Positions 48,225-58,832 of a DNA stretch of 64,000 nt are shown here, piece after piece; position 1 is the stretch's first letter, and each line of letters opens with the position of its first letter. The position numbers were made by a program, and so were the translations under genes. A model generated the notes under the pieces. It saw only the letters and a program-made list of their open reading frames with translations. It was not told the origin of the DNA and ran no database searches. The stretch is taken from the NCBI GenBank assembly GCA_965242695.1, contig CBDESU010000002.1, forward strand, positions 96,001-160,000, written 5' to 3'. The stretch is from Cenarchaeum sp. (lineage in GTDB: Archaea; Thermoproteota; Nitrososphaeria; Nitrososphaerales; Nitrosopumilaceae).

Positions 48225-49295
48225 GTGATCTCAAAGGCCGTCGACGAGAGGACCTTTACGGTGCAGCCCGAAGAGTCCGACGACCTGCTCGCCGTCCGGC
48301 GCATCCTCGAGTCGGGCGACCACGTCTCGGGCGTGAGCAACAGGGTCGTAAAGCGCGAAAAGGAGTACTCTAGGCCCGACAGGGGGGAGCGCGTGACAAT
48401 GCGCCTTACGGTCCAGGTCGAGGCGGCCGCCCTCGACAGCGTCCTTGACAGGCTCAGGGTGCGCGGCACGATAACGGCATCGACGCACGAGTCGGTCCAG
48501 CGCGGATCGCACCACTCGATCGTCGTCCAGCCCGGCGACACCGTGGCAATCTCAAAGCAGCGCTGGTCGCCCGTCCACAGGAGGCTCGTCTCCGGCGACA
48601 GGGGGGGCGCCTCGCCCGGGTTTGTCCTGGTCGCCGTCGACTCGGCCGAATGCGCAGTGGCCAGGCTCAAGGGCACGCGCCTCCACGCGGCATCCTCCAT
48701 AAGGTCGGGCGCCGGGGGCAAGCGGTACGCCGAGTCGCAGGCGCGGAGGGGGAAGGGGGCAGGCAGCCCGGCAAGGTACATCGACGACATTGCCGGCGCG
48801 GCCGCATCGCTCGTCCGGAGGGGGGATGCCTTCATTGTATTCGGCCCCGGCGAGGCCAAGAGAAGGGTGGCCAACCGGCTGCAGGAGGGAGGCGGGGCCC
48901 CCGTCACCGTCGTCGAGGGCGCCGACACGGGGGGAATGGACGGGATATACGCCTTTACAAAGTCCGACGCGATGAGGAAGGCGATCGGCGGCGGCAAGCT
49001 TGCGGCGGTGTACAGGATAGTCGAGGAGGTGATGCGCATGGCAGGCGCAAGATCGCGCAAGTTCGCCATGGGGTACGCAGAGGCCCGCAGGGCATGCGGC
49101 ATGGGAGCCGTCGAGTCTATGGTATTCTCGGAGCGGCTGCTCCACGACGCAGGCGAGCAGGAGGCGATCGACCTGCTCAACGCCGTCGAGGGCGGCGGGG
49201 GCAGCGTCTACGGCGCGGACTCGTCGACGGATGCGGGAATGCAGGTGGCCGGCCTGGGGGGCGTAGTCTGCATCCTGAGGCACCCCGTGGAGTGA
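48225..49295 (+). CDS. pelA: mRNA surveillance protein pelota
   Basis: PEESDDL..ILESGD, RLRVRG.I, GSHHS, GPG, GLGGV..ILR. Confidence 0.88.
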   Translation: MISKAVDERTFTVQPEESDDLLAVRRILESGDHVSGVSNRVVKREKEYSRPDRGERVTMRLTVQVEAAALDSVLDRLRVRGTITASTHESVQRGSHHSIVVQPGDTVAISKQRWSPVHRRLVSGDRGGASPGFVLVAVDSAECAVARLKGTRLHAASSIRSGAGGKRYAESQARRGKGAGSPARYIDDIAGAAASLVRRGDAFIVFGPGEAKRRVANRLQEGGGAPVTVVEGADTGGMDGIYAFTKSDAMRKAIGGGKLAAVYRIVEEVMRMAGARSRKFAMGYAEARRACGMGAVESMVFSERLLHDAGEQEAIDLLNAVEGGGGSVYGADSSTDAGMQVAGLGGVVCILRHPVE

Positions 49296-49381
49296 AGCGG
49301 CGGCAGGGGGCGGCGGGGCAGCCGCGCTGCGGAAAAATAAAAAGGGGGGGCGGCAGGCTCGCGCCTGCCGGGCACCACGCC

Positions 49382-52024
49382 TTACGAGGTCCGGTCGTCA
49401 GCGGCAGTGGCTTCGTCGCCGTTGCCGCTGTCGTCTGAAGCGGAGCTGTATGTTACCGAGTAGCTGTCGTCGTACGTCGCATCGTCGCCGCCGTAGGCCG
49501 GGCTCTGCGTTGCCGTGTACCACTCTTCGAGTGGCGCATCGCCGCTGGCGCCGTAACCCTCGTCGTCGCCGCCGTAGGCCGGGCTCTGCGTTGCCGTGTA
49601 CCACTCTTCGAGTGGCGCATCGCCGCTGGCGTCGTAGCCCTCGTCGTCGCCGCCGTAGGCCGGGCTCTGCGTTGCCGTGTACCACTCTTCGAGTGGCGCA
49701 TCGCCGCTGGCGTCGTAGCCCTCGTCGTCGCCGCCGTAGGCCGGGCTCTGCGTTGCCGTGTACCACTCTTCGAGTGGCGCATCGCCGCTGGCGTCGTAGC
49801 CCTCGTCGTCGCCGCCGTAGGCCGGGCTCTGCGTTGCCGTGTACCACTCTTCGAGTGGCGCATCGCCGCTGGCGCCGTAGCCCTCGTCGTCGCCGCCGTA
49901 GGCCGGGCTCTGCGTTGCCGTGTACCACTCTTCGAGTGGCGCATCGCCGCTGGCGTCGTAGCCCTCGTCGTCGCCGCCGTAGGCCGGGCTCTGCGTTGCC
50001 GTGTACCACTCTTCGAGTGGCGCATCGCCGCTGGCGCCGTAGCCCTCGTCGTCGTCGTCGCCGTAGGCCGGGCTCTGCGTTGCCGTGTACCACTCTTCGA
50101 GTGGCGCATCGCCGCTGGCGCCGTAGCCCTCGTCGTCGTCGTCGCCGTAGGCCGGGCTCTGCGTTGCCGTGTACCACTCTTCGAGTGGCGCATCGCCGCT
50201 GGCGCCGTAGCCCTCGTCGTCGCCGCCGTAGGCCGGGCTCTGCGTTGCCGTGTACCACTCTTCGAGTGGCGCATCGCCGCTGGCGTCGTAGCCCTCGTCG
50301 TCGCCGCCGTAGGCCGGGCTCTGCGTTGCCGTGTACCACTCTTCGAGTGGCGCATCGCCGCTGGCGCCGTAGCCCTCGTCGTCGTCGTCGCCGTAGGCCG
50401 GGCTCTGCGTTGCCATGCGCTGGTCGTGCGTTGCATTGCCTTCGTCGTCCTGGCCGTGGCCCTGCGTTGCCGCGTGCCACTCTTCGAGCGCCGCCTCGAT
50501 CCTGTCGTAGATGTCGACCAGCCCCTCGTTCACGACCGTCCCGCCTTCCGAAGGCGATTCGGGCGTGACGGTGAGGTAGTCGTACTCGTCCGCAGGCGCG
50601 GCGTTTTCAGCGCCCGCCTGCGAGGCGTGCCGCTCGTCCTCGTCGAATGCGTCGTGCACCGTGGTGCTGCCGTTGGCGGGCGGCGCGGCTGGCGGCTCGA
50701 TCGGGTCTGGGACGGCTGCCTGGCCGGCGGCCGGGCCGCCATCCGCGCCGTCGTCCCCGCCCGCGCCGTACGCCGGGTATGCCGCGTCGAACGCAGCGTC
50801 GATCCGGGCGTAGATGCCGGCCAGCCTCTCGTTCATTGCCTCCCTGTCCTCGGCGGACAGTTCGGGAATGACGATGACGTAGCCGAACTCGGCGAGTATG
50901 GAGTTGTGCTCGGCGCTGGCCCGTTCGGCCAGCCTCTCGTCCTTGGCGAACGCGTCGGTCATCGCAATGCCGCCGTTCGCAAGCAGGGGGGCAAGCCGCC
51001 CTGCCAGATCCTCGACCTTGTCGGTGTGCAGTTCGAACAGGCGTCCCATCCTAGCGTCAAGCTGATCCAGCTGCGCATCGGTCAGGTCGGCCGGCTCCCT
51101 GTACTCAAACCCGTACTCGGCCAGCACGGCCTCGTGCTCTGCGTACAGTCCGTCGGCCGCGGCCGCAATGCCGTAGGGCGAGACGCTGAACGCGCCGTGC
51201 CCGTGGCCGGCAAAGTCGCCGTCCGCGCCGTCCGCGCCGATGGGCTCGGACTGCTCGACCATGCAGTGCTCTTCGAACAGCCTGTCCATCTTGCCCATGA
51301 CCGCGTCGAGCCTCTCGGCCAGGCGCTGCTCGTCGGCATCGGACAGCCGCGGCGTGCTGACGACAAAGCCGTGCTTGCGCAGGATGTCGTCGTGCTCGGC
51401 GGCAATCAGCTGGTAGACGGCAGCCATAGTGGCCTGCGGCCCAAAGGCGGCGAACGGGGGCCCCAGCAGGGCGCCGTCGGACCGCCTGGTCAGGTTGTCG
51501 ACCTTGTCCAGCATGCCGTCGTACCTTGCCGCAGAGGCCATCATCTCGGCCTCGATGCGGTCCATCTGCGCGCCGGTCAGGTTGGCCGGCTCCCTGTACT
51601 CAAACCCGTACTCGGCCAGTATGGCGTCGTGCTCGGCGTACAGCGCGTCCATGGCGGACGTCATGTTGGCGGCCTGCGCGGCGCTCGGCTCGCCGGCCGC
51701 GCCCGCAGGGTGCCCGCCGTACATGGGCCCGCAGATGGTGGCGTACGGGGCCGGCGCGGCGCCGGCTGGGTGCGCCGCGCCGCCGTCGCCGCCGGAGGCC
51801 GCCGCCGTCGACATGGCCATGGCCATGTCGTCGGCGGACAGTTCTGGCCCCTCGGCATAGCCCGAGGCCGCTCCGGCGGCAAGCGCCGCCACGAGGACCG
51901 CGGCCGAGGCCGCGCCGAGCGCTAGGAGGCCCGAGCCCCCGCGCGCCCTGCGGCCTGCCGCTGTGGTAGCGGTGGTGGTGGCAGTCTTGCCTTGCGTCGT
52001 CTCGGTTCGTGTCTTTGCTGTCAT
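49382..52024 (-). CDS. Secreted acidic protein with internal duplication and 11 tandem 27-28-aa repeats
   Basis: Signal/TM segment, duplicated LYAEH..LAEYGFEYREP domain, LEEWYTATQSPAYGGDDEGY repeats. Confidence 0.75.
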   Translation of the reverse strand: MTAKTRTETTQGKTATTTATTAAGRRARGGSGLLALGAASAAVLVAALAAGAASGYAEGPELSADDMAMAMSTAAASGGDGGAAHPAGAAPAPYATICGPMYGGHPAGAAGEPSAAQAANMTSAMDALYAEHDAILAEYGFEYREPANLTGAQMDRIEAEMMASAARYDGMLDKVDNLTRRSDGALLGPPFAAFGPQATMAAVYQLIAAEHDDILRKHGFVVSTPRLSDADEQRLAERLDAVMGKMDRLFEEHCMVEQSEPIGADGADGDFAGHGHGAFSVSPYGIAAAADGLYAEHEAVLAEYGFEYREPADLTDAQLDQLDARMGRLFELHTDKVEDLAGRLAPLLANGGIAMTDAFAKDERLAERASAEHNSILAEFGYVIVIPELSAEDREAMNERLAGIYARIDAAFDAAYPAYGAGGDDGADGGPAAGQAAVPDPIEPPAAPPANGSTTVHDAFDEDERHASQAGAENAAPADEYDYLTVTPESPSEGGTVVNEGLVDIYDRIEAALEEWHAATQGHGQDDEGNATHDQRMATQSPAYGDDDDEGYGASGDAPLEEWYTATQSPAYGGDDEGYDASGDAPLEEWYTATQSPAYGGDDEGYGASGDAPLEEWYTATQSPAYGDDDDEGYGASGDAPLEEWYTATQSPAYGDDDDEGYGASGDAPLEEWYTATQSPAYGGDDEGYDASGDAPLEEWYTATQSPAYGGDDEGYGASGDAPLEEWYTATQSPAYGGDDEGYDASGDAPLEEWYTATQSPAYGGDDEGYDASGDAPLEEWYTATQSPAYGGDDEGYDASGDAPLEEWYTATQSPAYGGDDEGYGASGDAPLEEWYTATQSPAYGGDDATYDDSYSVTYSSASDDSGNGDEATAADDRTS
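49480..50414. repeat. 81/84-bp coding tandem repeat, ~11.5 copies
   Basis: cactcttcgagtggcgcatcgccgctgg recurs every 81-84 bp. Confidence 0.95.
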
Positions 52025-52059
52025 TGGGGGCTAGAATGCGCGGTGGATATAAGCAGTTC

Positions 52060-52443
52060 CTATACATTGTTCAGCTTGGGGTCGGCGCCCGTACCGGGCG
52101 GCCCGCGCGCCCGCGTCGACTCGGCAAGCCACTCCATGTAGAGGGCGTTGACCCGGCCGGCGGCCAGCTCGGCGATCTCGGGCACGTCGTACGGGTGCGT
52201 CGCGGCGATGCGGCTCTTGAGGGCCTCGCAGGCCACGGCCGTCGTCTTGAACAGGGCCAGGCACTCGGTCTCCTCCTGGATACTCCCGTTCCACCGGTAC
52301 ACCGACGAGATGTCCGCCATGTTGGCGCACGCGGCAAGGCCGGCGCCGATCGCGTCGCGGGCGGCGCGCGCCGCCGCCTCCCGGTCGGGGTACGTCGAGA
52401 CGACCATGGCAGGCCCCCCAGGGGCGCCGGCGCCGGATTCCAC
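52060..52443 (-). CDS. cutA: Divalent cation tolerance protein CutA
   Basis: LAACAN, SVYRW.G, E..ALFKT, HPYDVPEI. Confidence 0.9.
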   Translation of the reverse strand: MESGAGAPGGPAMVVSTYPDREAAARAARDAIGAGLAACANMADISSVYRWNGSIQEETECLALFKTTAVACEALKSRIAATHPYDVPEIAELAAGRVNALYMEWLAESTRARGPPGTGADPKLNNV

Positions 52444-52488
52444 GGCAAGCGGTAAAATAGGCGGGTTAAAAAGCGTGCGCGACTGCTG

Positions 52489-53691
52489 TTGGAGCTTGCG
52501 GCACTGGCGGACAATGCCATCATATACGTCCTGATCGCGTGGGGGGTCGTACTTGCCGCGGCCAAGGGCCTCAGGCTGCAGAACCACGGGTTCGACGTCA
52601 AGCCGTACAGCCTGACGTACAAGAACGCCCGCGTGCAGTCCGTCCTGGTCAGGATGCTCGGCCGCACACGCCGCGGCGTGCGCGTCTTCGCCGACGTCAG
52701 CGTCGTCGCGGGGTTCGGCATGATGGGGTTTGCGTTCTGGTTCCTCATATCGAACGTGGCCAACTACTTTGTCGCCCCGTCGGGGTTCTCAGAGGTGACG
52801 GTCCTCATACCCGGCGTGACCGTGACGTCGTACTCGGCGATCGTCAACTTCCTGCTGTGCATCCCGATCGTGCTGATCATGCACGAGGGCGCGCACGGCA
52901 TCGTGGCGGCCCTCGAGAAGATCAAGATCAAGACGGGCGGCTTTGCGATCTTCATCGCCCTGTTCGCGGGGTTCGTAGAGCCCGACGAGGACGAGTTCAA
53001 CAAGGCCAAGAAGGTCTCGAAGCTGCGCGTGATCGGCGCCGGGGCCACCTCGAACGTCATATTCTCGTTCGCCCTAGGCGCCGTCCTGCTGACCAACCCC
53101 GTGTTCGCCATCATCATGCCCGAGCCCATCAAGGGGGCGTTCTACGAGGCGCCCGACGGCGTGGTGGTCCTGTCCGTGATCGGGGGGTCCGGCGCCGAGA
53201 GGGCCGGCATCCTGCCCGGCGACGTCATAAACGGCATCAACGGCATGCCCGTGTACACCGCGTTCGACATGGAGAGGGCCGGCCTCGAGCCGGGCCAGAC
53301 CGCGGCCGTGTCCGTGCTGCGCGACGGGCAGGTCGTCGAGATGCCCGTCGAGATAACCGCCGCCGAGGACGACCCCGAGAGGGGGCTCGTCGGCATCATG
53401 CGGGACAGCTCGGCCGCGTACAAGCCCGTGTACGACTTTGTCGAGTGGGACAACCGCGAGCTGTCGCTGTTCCTGCTGTGGCTGTGGATGATCTCGTTCT
53501 TCATAGGGATCATCAACATGCTGCCCCTCCCCATACTGGACGGCGGCAAGTTCATACACACTATAATAGACGAGAGGATATCCGAGGGGGCGGTGAACGC
53601 GGCCATGTGGGCCATCTATGCGTTTACGTTCGTGCTGTTCGCGCTCAACATCGGCCTGTCGTACGCAAAGTCCGGCTGGTTTACGATATAG
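52489..53691 (+). CDS. Site-2 (M50) membrane metalloprotease with PDZ domain
   Basis: HEGAH, AGATSN, NMLPLPILDGG. Confidence 0.92.
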   Translation: MELAALADNAIIYVLIAWGVVLAAAKGLRLQNHGFDVKPYSLTYKNARVQSVLVRMLGRTRRGVRVFADVSVVAGFGMMGFAFWFLISNVANYFVAPSGFSEVTVLIPGVTVTSYSAIVNFLLCIPIVLIMHEGAHGIVAALEKIKIKTGGFAIFIALFAGFVEPDEDEFNKAKKVSKLRVIGAGATSNVIFSFALGAVLLTNPVFAIIMPEPIKGAFYEAPDGVVVLSVIGGSGAERAGILPGDVINGINGMPVYTAFDMERAGLEPGQTAAVSVLRDGQVVEMPVEITAAEDDPERGLVGIMRDSSAAYKPVYDFVEWDNRELSLFLLWLWMISFFIGIINMLPLPILDGGKFIHTIIDERISEGAVNAAMWAIYAFTFVLFALNIGLSYAKSGWFTI

Positions 53692-53710
53692 GGCGGGGGC
53701 GGATGCCGCA

Positions 53711-54940
53711 ATGCAGGCAGCCGCGCAGGCCGAGGGGGGCTCCGCGGGGGGCGCGTGCGGCGCGTGCGGCGAGCGCCCCGCGGCGTACGCCAGGGCGTAC
53801 TCGGGCGAGCGGCTGTGCGCCCCGTGCTTTACCGCCGCAATCGAGCGCAAGGCGGCAAGGACGATCTCGAGGCACTCGATGATACGCGGCGGCGACCGCA
53901 GGGTGTGCGTCGCCGTCTCGGGCGGCAAGGACTCGCTTGCGCTGCTTCGCGTGCTGAGCCGCATGTCCGAGCGCCGCAGGTTCGACGTCAGCGCCGTCAT
54001 GATAGACGAGGGCATTCCCGGGTACAGGGACGAGGCGCTCGGCATCGCCGAGCGGTACTGCGGGGGCCTCGGAGTCGAGCTCGCCGTGAGCTCGTACAGG
54101 GACCTGTTCGGGACTACGCTCGACGAGGCGCTGCGCGCCAGGGACGGCCCCGGGGCGCCGACGTCGTGCTCGATCTGCGGGACGCTCAGGCGGCGCGCCA
54201 TCGACATTGCGGCGGCCGAGGCCGGCGCCGACGTGGTCGCAACGGCGCACAACCTCGACGATGCGGTGCAGACGTTTTTGATCAACGTGATATCGGGCGA
54301 CACGGAGCGCATCGGGAGGATGCTGCCCGGGTCGGGCGGGGCGCTCGGCGGCGGCGCCCCCCGGAGGGTGCAGCCGTTCTGCGAGATATACGAGCAGGAG
54401 ATCGTCTTCTACGCGTTCGTCAACAAGATACCGTTCCAGGCCGAGCCGTGCCCCCACATGAACGAGGGCGTGCGCACGGGGCTGCGAGAGTTCCTCAACG
54501 GCCTAGAGGCCGCGCATGCCGGCTCAAAGAACAGCATGTACAGGTCCGCCATGCGCCTGGCCGAGGCCGTGGCGGCGGCAGGTGGCACCGGCGGGGACGC
54601 GGCCAGTGCCGGGGCCGGAGGGGCAAGGGTGGCGGGGCGGGCCGGAAGCGGCAGGGTGGCGCACCCCTGCCCGTCGTGCGGCGCGCCCTGCACCTCTGAC
54701 GACGTGTGCTCGGTGTGCAGGACGCTCGGGGGGCTGGCCGCAGGCCCGGGGGCGGGGGCGGGGGCGGCGCCCGCAGGCCCGGGGGCGGGGGCGGGGGCGG
54801 CGCCCGCAGGCCCGGGGGCGGGGGCGGGGGCGGCGCCCGCAGGCCCGGGGGCGGGGGCGGGGGCGGCGCCCGCAGGCCCGGGGGCGGGGGCGGGGGCGGC
54901 GCCCGCAGGGGGGCCTAGCGGCGCCCGCAGGGGGGCCTAG
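53711..54940 (+). CDS. tRNA 2-thiolation protein (TtuA/Ncs6 family)
   Basis: CxxC Zn fingers, SGGKDS PP-loop, CSICG..RR, HNLDD, CPH; 33-bp x5 C-terminal repeat. Confidence 0.85.
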   Translation: MQAAAQAEGGSAGGACGACGERPAAYARAYSGERLCAPCFTAAIERKAARTISRHSMIRGGDRRVCVAVSGGKDSLALLRVLSRMSERRRFDVSAVMIDEGIPGYRDEALGIAERYCGGLGVELAVSSYRDLFGTTLDEALRARDGPGAPTSCSICGTLRRRAIDIAAAEAGADVVATAHNLDDAVQTFLINVISGDTERIGRMLPGSGGALGGGAPRRVQPFCEIYEQEIVFYAFVNKIPFQAEPCPHMNEGVRTGLREFLNGLEAAHAGSKNSMYRSAMRLAEAVAAAGGTGGDAASAGAGGARVAGRAGSGRVAHPCPSCGAPCTSDDVCSVCRTLGGLAAGPGAGAGAAPAGPGAGAGAAPAGPGAGAGAAPAGPGAGAGAAPAGPGAGAGAAPAGGPSGARRGA

Positions 54941-54991
54941 CGGCGGCGCTCGGCAGGCAAGGCAGATATACCACGCATGCAAAGGGCAACC

Positions 54992-55307
54992 GGTAGCAGG
55001 GAGGGTCGGGGTGCCAGCCGTGCCCCATTCCGAAACCGGCTATACGCGGAGGCCAGCAACCGTCGGGGTAATCTTCAGGCGGGCGGTACCTGCGGGGCGG
55101 GCGGAAATGAACCCACGCCGAGGCGGGTGGTTGCAGGCCCGGAAACGCCCGAAGGGGCGGCTTCTAGGGCCGAGCCGTCGAAAGGGACGAGGTCCGGGAG
55201 GGAGCAGTCCTAAGACGGAGCATCCACGCTTCCTCGTCCACGTGGCGGATCTTGCGCGCTTCGAGACGGGGCCGTTCGTGTGGACTGGAACCGGCGGGCC
55301 TGCTACC
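54992..55307 (+). ncRNA. ffs: Archaeal SRP (7S) RNA
   Basis: Terminal helix GGTAGCAGG/CCTGCTACC; helix-8 motif AGGTCCGGGAGGGAGCAG; ~316 nt; GATATA upstream. Confidence 0.85.
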
Positions 55308-55376
55308 ACAAACGATCGGCGGGAGCGCCGCGGGCGTTGCCGCCCCCCCCCCCACCGGCCCCGCAGCGGCGGCACC

Positions 55377-55664
55377 CTAGCTCCCGTACCCGACGGCGAA
55401 CGGTCCGGACTCGCCGGCCGGATCCTCGTCGACTATATCCAAGCCCGACACCCTTGCGCCGGCGGGTCCGTGCCTGCACCACTCCGCCACGGCGGCCACC
55501 GCCGCGGCGGGGCCCTCGACGACGGCCTCGACCCTTCCGTCGTCCAGGTTGCGCACCCATCCGGCCACGCCGGCCTTTGCCGCCTCCGCCCTGAGGGCCT
55601 GGCGGAAAAAGACGCCCTGCACCTTGCCGCTGACGTGCACGTGTATGCGGCGGCTCCGTTCCAC
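55377..55664 (-). CDS. acyP: Acylphosphatase
   Basis: GKVQGVFFR, GWVRNLDDGRVE, GP..ARV. Confidence 0.93.
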   Translation of the reverse strand: MERSRRIHVHVSGKVQGVFFRQALRAEAAKAGVAGWVRNLDDGRVEAVVEGPAAAVAAVAEWCRHGPAGARVSGLDIVDEDPAGESGPFAVGYGS

Positions 55665-55735
55665 GCGGCGGGCCCCGCCGGCGCCCTAATCAACATGGCG
55701 GCCGCCGCGGCCGCGGCCGCGGCCCCGGCACCGGG

Positions 55736-56467
55736 CTAACGCCGCTTCTTGAGGCGGGCCCTGCCCGTCTTGCGGGCCGCTATGCTGCCGACCTTTGCGC
55801 CCGGCGGCGCATCGCGCGCGACCGTAGAGCTCTGCCCGACGTGCTGGTGCCTCCCGCCGCCGTGCGGGTGGACGTACGCGGCCTGCGCGACGCCCCTGAC
55901 TATCGGGTACTTGCGCCCCTTTGAGCGGAACCGGCGCCACTTGCCGCCGGCGCTTATGAGCGGGCGCTCCGTGACGCCGCCGCCGGCGAGCGTGCCGATC
56001 ATTGCCCGGTTCTTCGGGTTGAGCGTGGCGAAGCGCCCCGAGGGCAGCTTTATAGTGACCCCCTCGTCGCTGTGCGAGAATACCGTCGCCGAGCCGCCGG
56101 CCGACTTTGCAATGGTTCCGCCGTCGCCGAACTGCCGCTCGACGTTGCACACGGTCGTCCCGTCGGGTATGTTCTGCACGCTCACGACGTTGCCGTCCTC
56201 TATGCTCGACTTCAGCCCAAAGTGGAAGACCGAGCCGACGCGCGTGCCGAGCACGGCCGGCACGTACGCCGTCTTGCCCGTCTCGAAGACGACCTTTGCA
56301 AGCGGCGCGTCGCGGCCGCGCTCGTGCACCAGGTCCACGACCCTGCCCTCGTGCTGCTCGGAGAGGGCAAACCCCGGGTAGCGCGCGCGGGCGACCTTGC
56401 CCGTCTTTGCGGCGCGGAACTGCATGCCGCCCCGGCCCCTTCTCCGCACGAGCGGCCTCTTGCCCAT
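55736..56467 (-). CDS. rpl2: 50S ribosomal protein L2
   Basis: MGKR...RRGRG, VRGVAQ..HPHGGG, PPGAKVG. Confidence 0.96.
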   Translation of the reverse strand: MGKRPLVRRRGRGGMQFRAAKTGKVARARYPGFALSEQHEGRVVDLVHERGRDAPLAKVVFETGKTAYVPAVLGTRVGSVFHFGLKSSIEDGNVVSVQNIPDGTTVCNVERQFGDGGTIAKSAGGSATVFSHSDEGVTIKLPSGRFATLNPKNRAMIGTLAGGGVTERPLISAGGKWRRFRSKGRKYPIVRGVAQAAYVHPHGGGRHQHVGQSSTVARDAPPGAKVGSIAARKTGRARLKKRR

Positions 56468-56571
56468 GCGCGCGCGGCGCGCAGGCGGCCGATTTTAAGC
56501 TTGCGCGCGGGTCCCTCGGCATGCCCCGATTTCGCCAAAGGTATAAAACCAAAGGACGGGCGCCGTCGCGC

Positions 56572-58758
56572 GTGAGCGCCAACCCCCTGTCGCTAAAGGT
56601 GCTCGAGGCCTACACGAGGGACGTCGGGAGGGGCGTTGCCAGGATAGACTACGACTCGATGGACACGCTGAGCGCGTCGACGGGCGACGTCATCGAGATC
56701 AAGGGCAAGAGGCGGACGGTGGCAAAGTGCCTCCCGCTGTACCCGTCCGACGAGGGCAAGGGGATCATCAGGATAGACGGCCTGGGCAGGAACAACTCGG
56801 GGATAGCCATCGGCGACACCATATCGGTCAGGAAGATAAAGGCGGCCGCGGCCGAAAAGGTCGTCGTCGCCCCGCTCGAGGCCATGCCGCCCATCGACGA
56901 GCGGTACCTGGCGGACGCCCTGGAGAGCGTCCCGCTCGTCAAGAGCGACAACGTGATGGTGCCCTACTTTGGCGGCCGCCTGACGTTCCAGGTGATCGGC
57001 GTCACCCCGGTGGCCGACGCCGTGCTCGTCACGCAGAAGACCGTGTTCCACATCGCCGAAAAGGGCGAGACGCTGCGCGGCGTCCCGCAGGTCACGTACG
57101 AGGACATCGGCGGCCTGACCGACGAGATCAAGAAGGTCCGCGAGATGATAGAGCTGCCCCTCAGGCACCCCGAGATATTCGAAAAGCTCGGCATCGAGGC
57201 GCCAAAGGGCGTCCTCCTGTACGGCCCTCCCGGGACCGGCAAGACGCTGCTCGCAAAGGCCGTCGCCAACGAGAGCAACGCGCACTTTATCAGCATATCC
57301 GGCCCCGAGATCATGAGCAAGTTCTACGGCGAGAGCGAGGCGAGGCTGCGCGAGATATTCAAGGAGGCGCGCGAAAAGGCGCCGTCCATAATATTCGTCG
57401 ACGAGATCGACTCGATCGCCCCGAAGAGGGAGGAGGTCACGGGCGAGGTCGAGCGCCGCGTCGTCTCGCAGATGCTCTCGCTCATGGACGGCCTAGAGGC
57501 GCGCGGCAAGGTCATCGTCATATCTGCGACGAACCGGCCGAACGCCATAGACCCCGCCCTGCGCAGGCCCGGCCGCTTCGATCGCGAGATCGAGATCAAG
57601 GTGCCCGACAAGAGGGGCCGCAAGGACATACTCGCCATCCACACGAGGAACATGCCGCTCACGGACGAGGTGCGGCTCGACAAGGTCGCCGGGCTGAGCC
57701 ACGGCTACGTCGGCGCCGACCTAGAGTACCTGTGCAAGGAGGCCGCCATGAAGTGCCTCAGGCGGCTCCTGCCCGAGCTGAACCTCGAGGACGAAAAGAT
57801 ACCGGCCGAGACGCTCGACAAGCTCGTCGTCAACGCGGACGACTTCAACAGGGCCCTCGTCGAGGTGACGCCGTCTGGCATGAGGGAGGTGTTCATCGAG
57901 AACCCCGACGTCAAGTGGGAAGAGGTCGGCGGCCTCAAGGAGGTCAAGCGCGAGCTTCAAGAGGCCGTCGAGTGGCCCATGAAGTACCCCGAGCTGTACG
58001 AGACGCTCGGGCACCGCATGCCGCGCGGCATACTCCTGCACGGCCCGAGCGGGACCGGCAAGACGCTGCTTGCAAAGGCCGTCGCCACGCAGAGCGAGGC
58101 CAACTTTGTGTCGGTGCGCGGCCCCGAGCTGCTCTCAAAGTGGGTCGGCGAGTCCGAGCGCGGCATCAGGGAGATATTCAGGCGCGCCAGGCAGGCGTCG
58201 CCGTGCGTCATCTTCTTTGACGAGATCGACTCGATTGCGCCGGTGCGCGGCGCCGGCGGCGAGACGGCCGTAGCCGAGCGAGTCGTAAGCCAGCTGCTCA
58301 CCGAGCTCGACGGCATGGAGAACCTGCACGGGGTCGTCGTGCTCGCTGCCACCAACAGGGCCGACATGATAGACCCCGCGCTGCTCCGCCCAGGCAGGTT
58401 CGACAAGATAATCCAGATACCCCTGCCCGACGAGCAGAGCCGCAGGAGCATACTCGAGATCAACGCCGAAAAGATACCCGTCGTCGACGACAAGGACAGC
58501 CCCGACAGGGTCTCGCTCGACAAGATCGCCGAGATCACCGACGGCATGAGCGGCGCCGACGTTGCGTCGATAGCCAACACGGCCGTCTCGCTCGTCATAC
58601 ACGAGCACCTCGACGAGGATCCCGACGCCAAGAAGATCGAGAGCGACGCCAAGAAGGCGCGCGTCACGATGCGGCACTTCGAGGAGGCCGTCAAGAAGGT
58701 GCGCGAGCAAAAGGACCTCAAGCTAGGCCAAAAGGTCGCCACGCCGTACTACGGGTAG
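56572..58758 (+). CDS. cdc48: CDC48/VAT family AAA+ ATPase
   Basis: Two AAA modules ([27 protein letters not shown]); N-domain [10 protein letters not shown]. Confidence 0.95.
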   Translation: MSANPLSLKVLEAYTRDVGRGVARIDYDSMDTLSASTGDVIEIKGKRRTVAKCLPLYPSDEGKGIIRIDGLGRNNSGIAIGDTISVRKIKAAAAEKVVVAPLEAMPPIDERYLADALESVPLVKSDNVMVPYFGGRLTFQVIGVTPVADAVLVTQKTVFHIAEKGETLRGVPQVTYEDIGGLTDEIKKVREMIELPLRHPEIFEKLGIEAPKGVLLYGPPGTGKTLLAKAVANESNAHFISISGPEIMSKFYGESEARLREIFKEAREKAPSIIFVDEIDSIAPKREEVTGEVERRVVSQMLSLMDGLEARGKVIVISATNRPNAIDPALRRPGRFDREIEIKVPDKRGRKDILAIHTRNMPLTDEVRLDKVAGLSHGYVGADLEYLCKEAAMKCLRRLLPELNLEDEKIPAETLDKLVVNADDFNRALVEVTPSGMREVFIENPDVKWEEVGGLKEVKRELQEAVEWPMKYPELYETLGHRMPRGILLHGPSGTGKTLLAKAVATQSEANFVSVRGPELLSKWVGESERGIREIFRRARQASPCVIFFDEIDSIAPVRGAGGETAVAERVVSQLLTELDGMENLHGVVVLAATNRADMIDPALLRPGRFDKIIQIPLPDEQSRRSILEINAEKIPVVDDKDSPDRVSLDKIAEITDGMSGADVASIANTAVSLVIHEHLDEDPDAKKIESDAKKARVTMRHFEEAVKKVREQKDLKLGQKVATPYYG

Positions 58759-58832
58759 CTGCCCCGGCGGGGCCGGCCGGCTGGTGGGCGCGGCGGGCAT
58801 TCATATTAATAAAAAAGGCCGGCGGGGCGGCC

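Noticed and set aside
49480-50414. Possible CRISPR array (regular ~81-bp period)
   Set aside because: Whole units are near-identical with no unique spacers, lengths are multiples of 3, and the array lies in an open reading frame
54992-55307. RNase P RNA or short ORFs in this interval
   Set aside because: No GAGGAAAGTCC/AACAGAA P4 motifs; terminal helix and helix-8 motif fit SRP RNA
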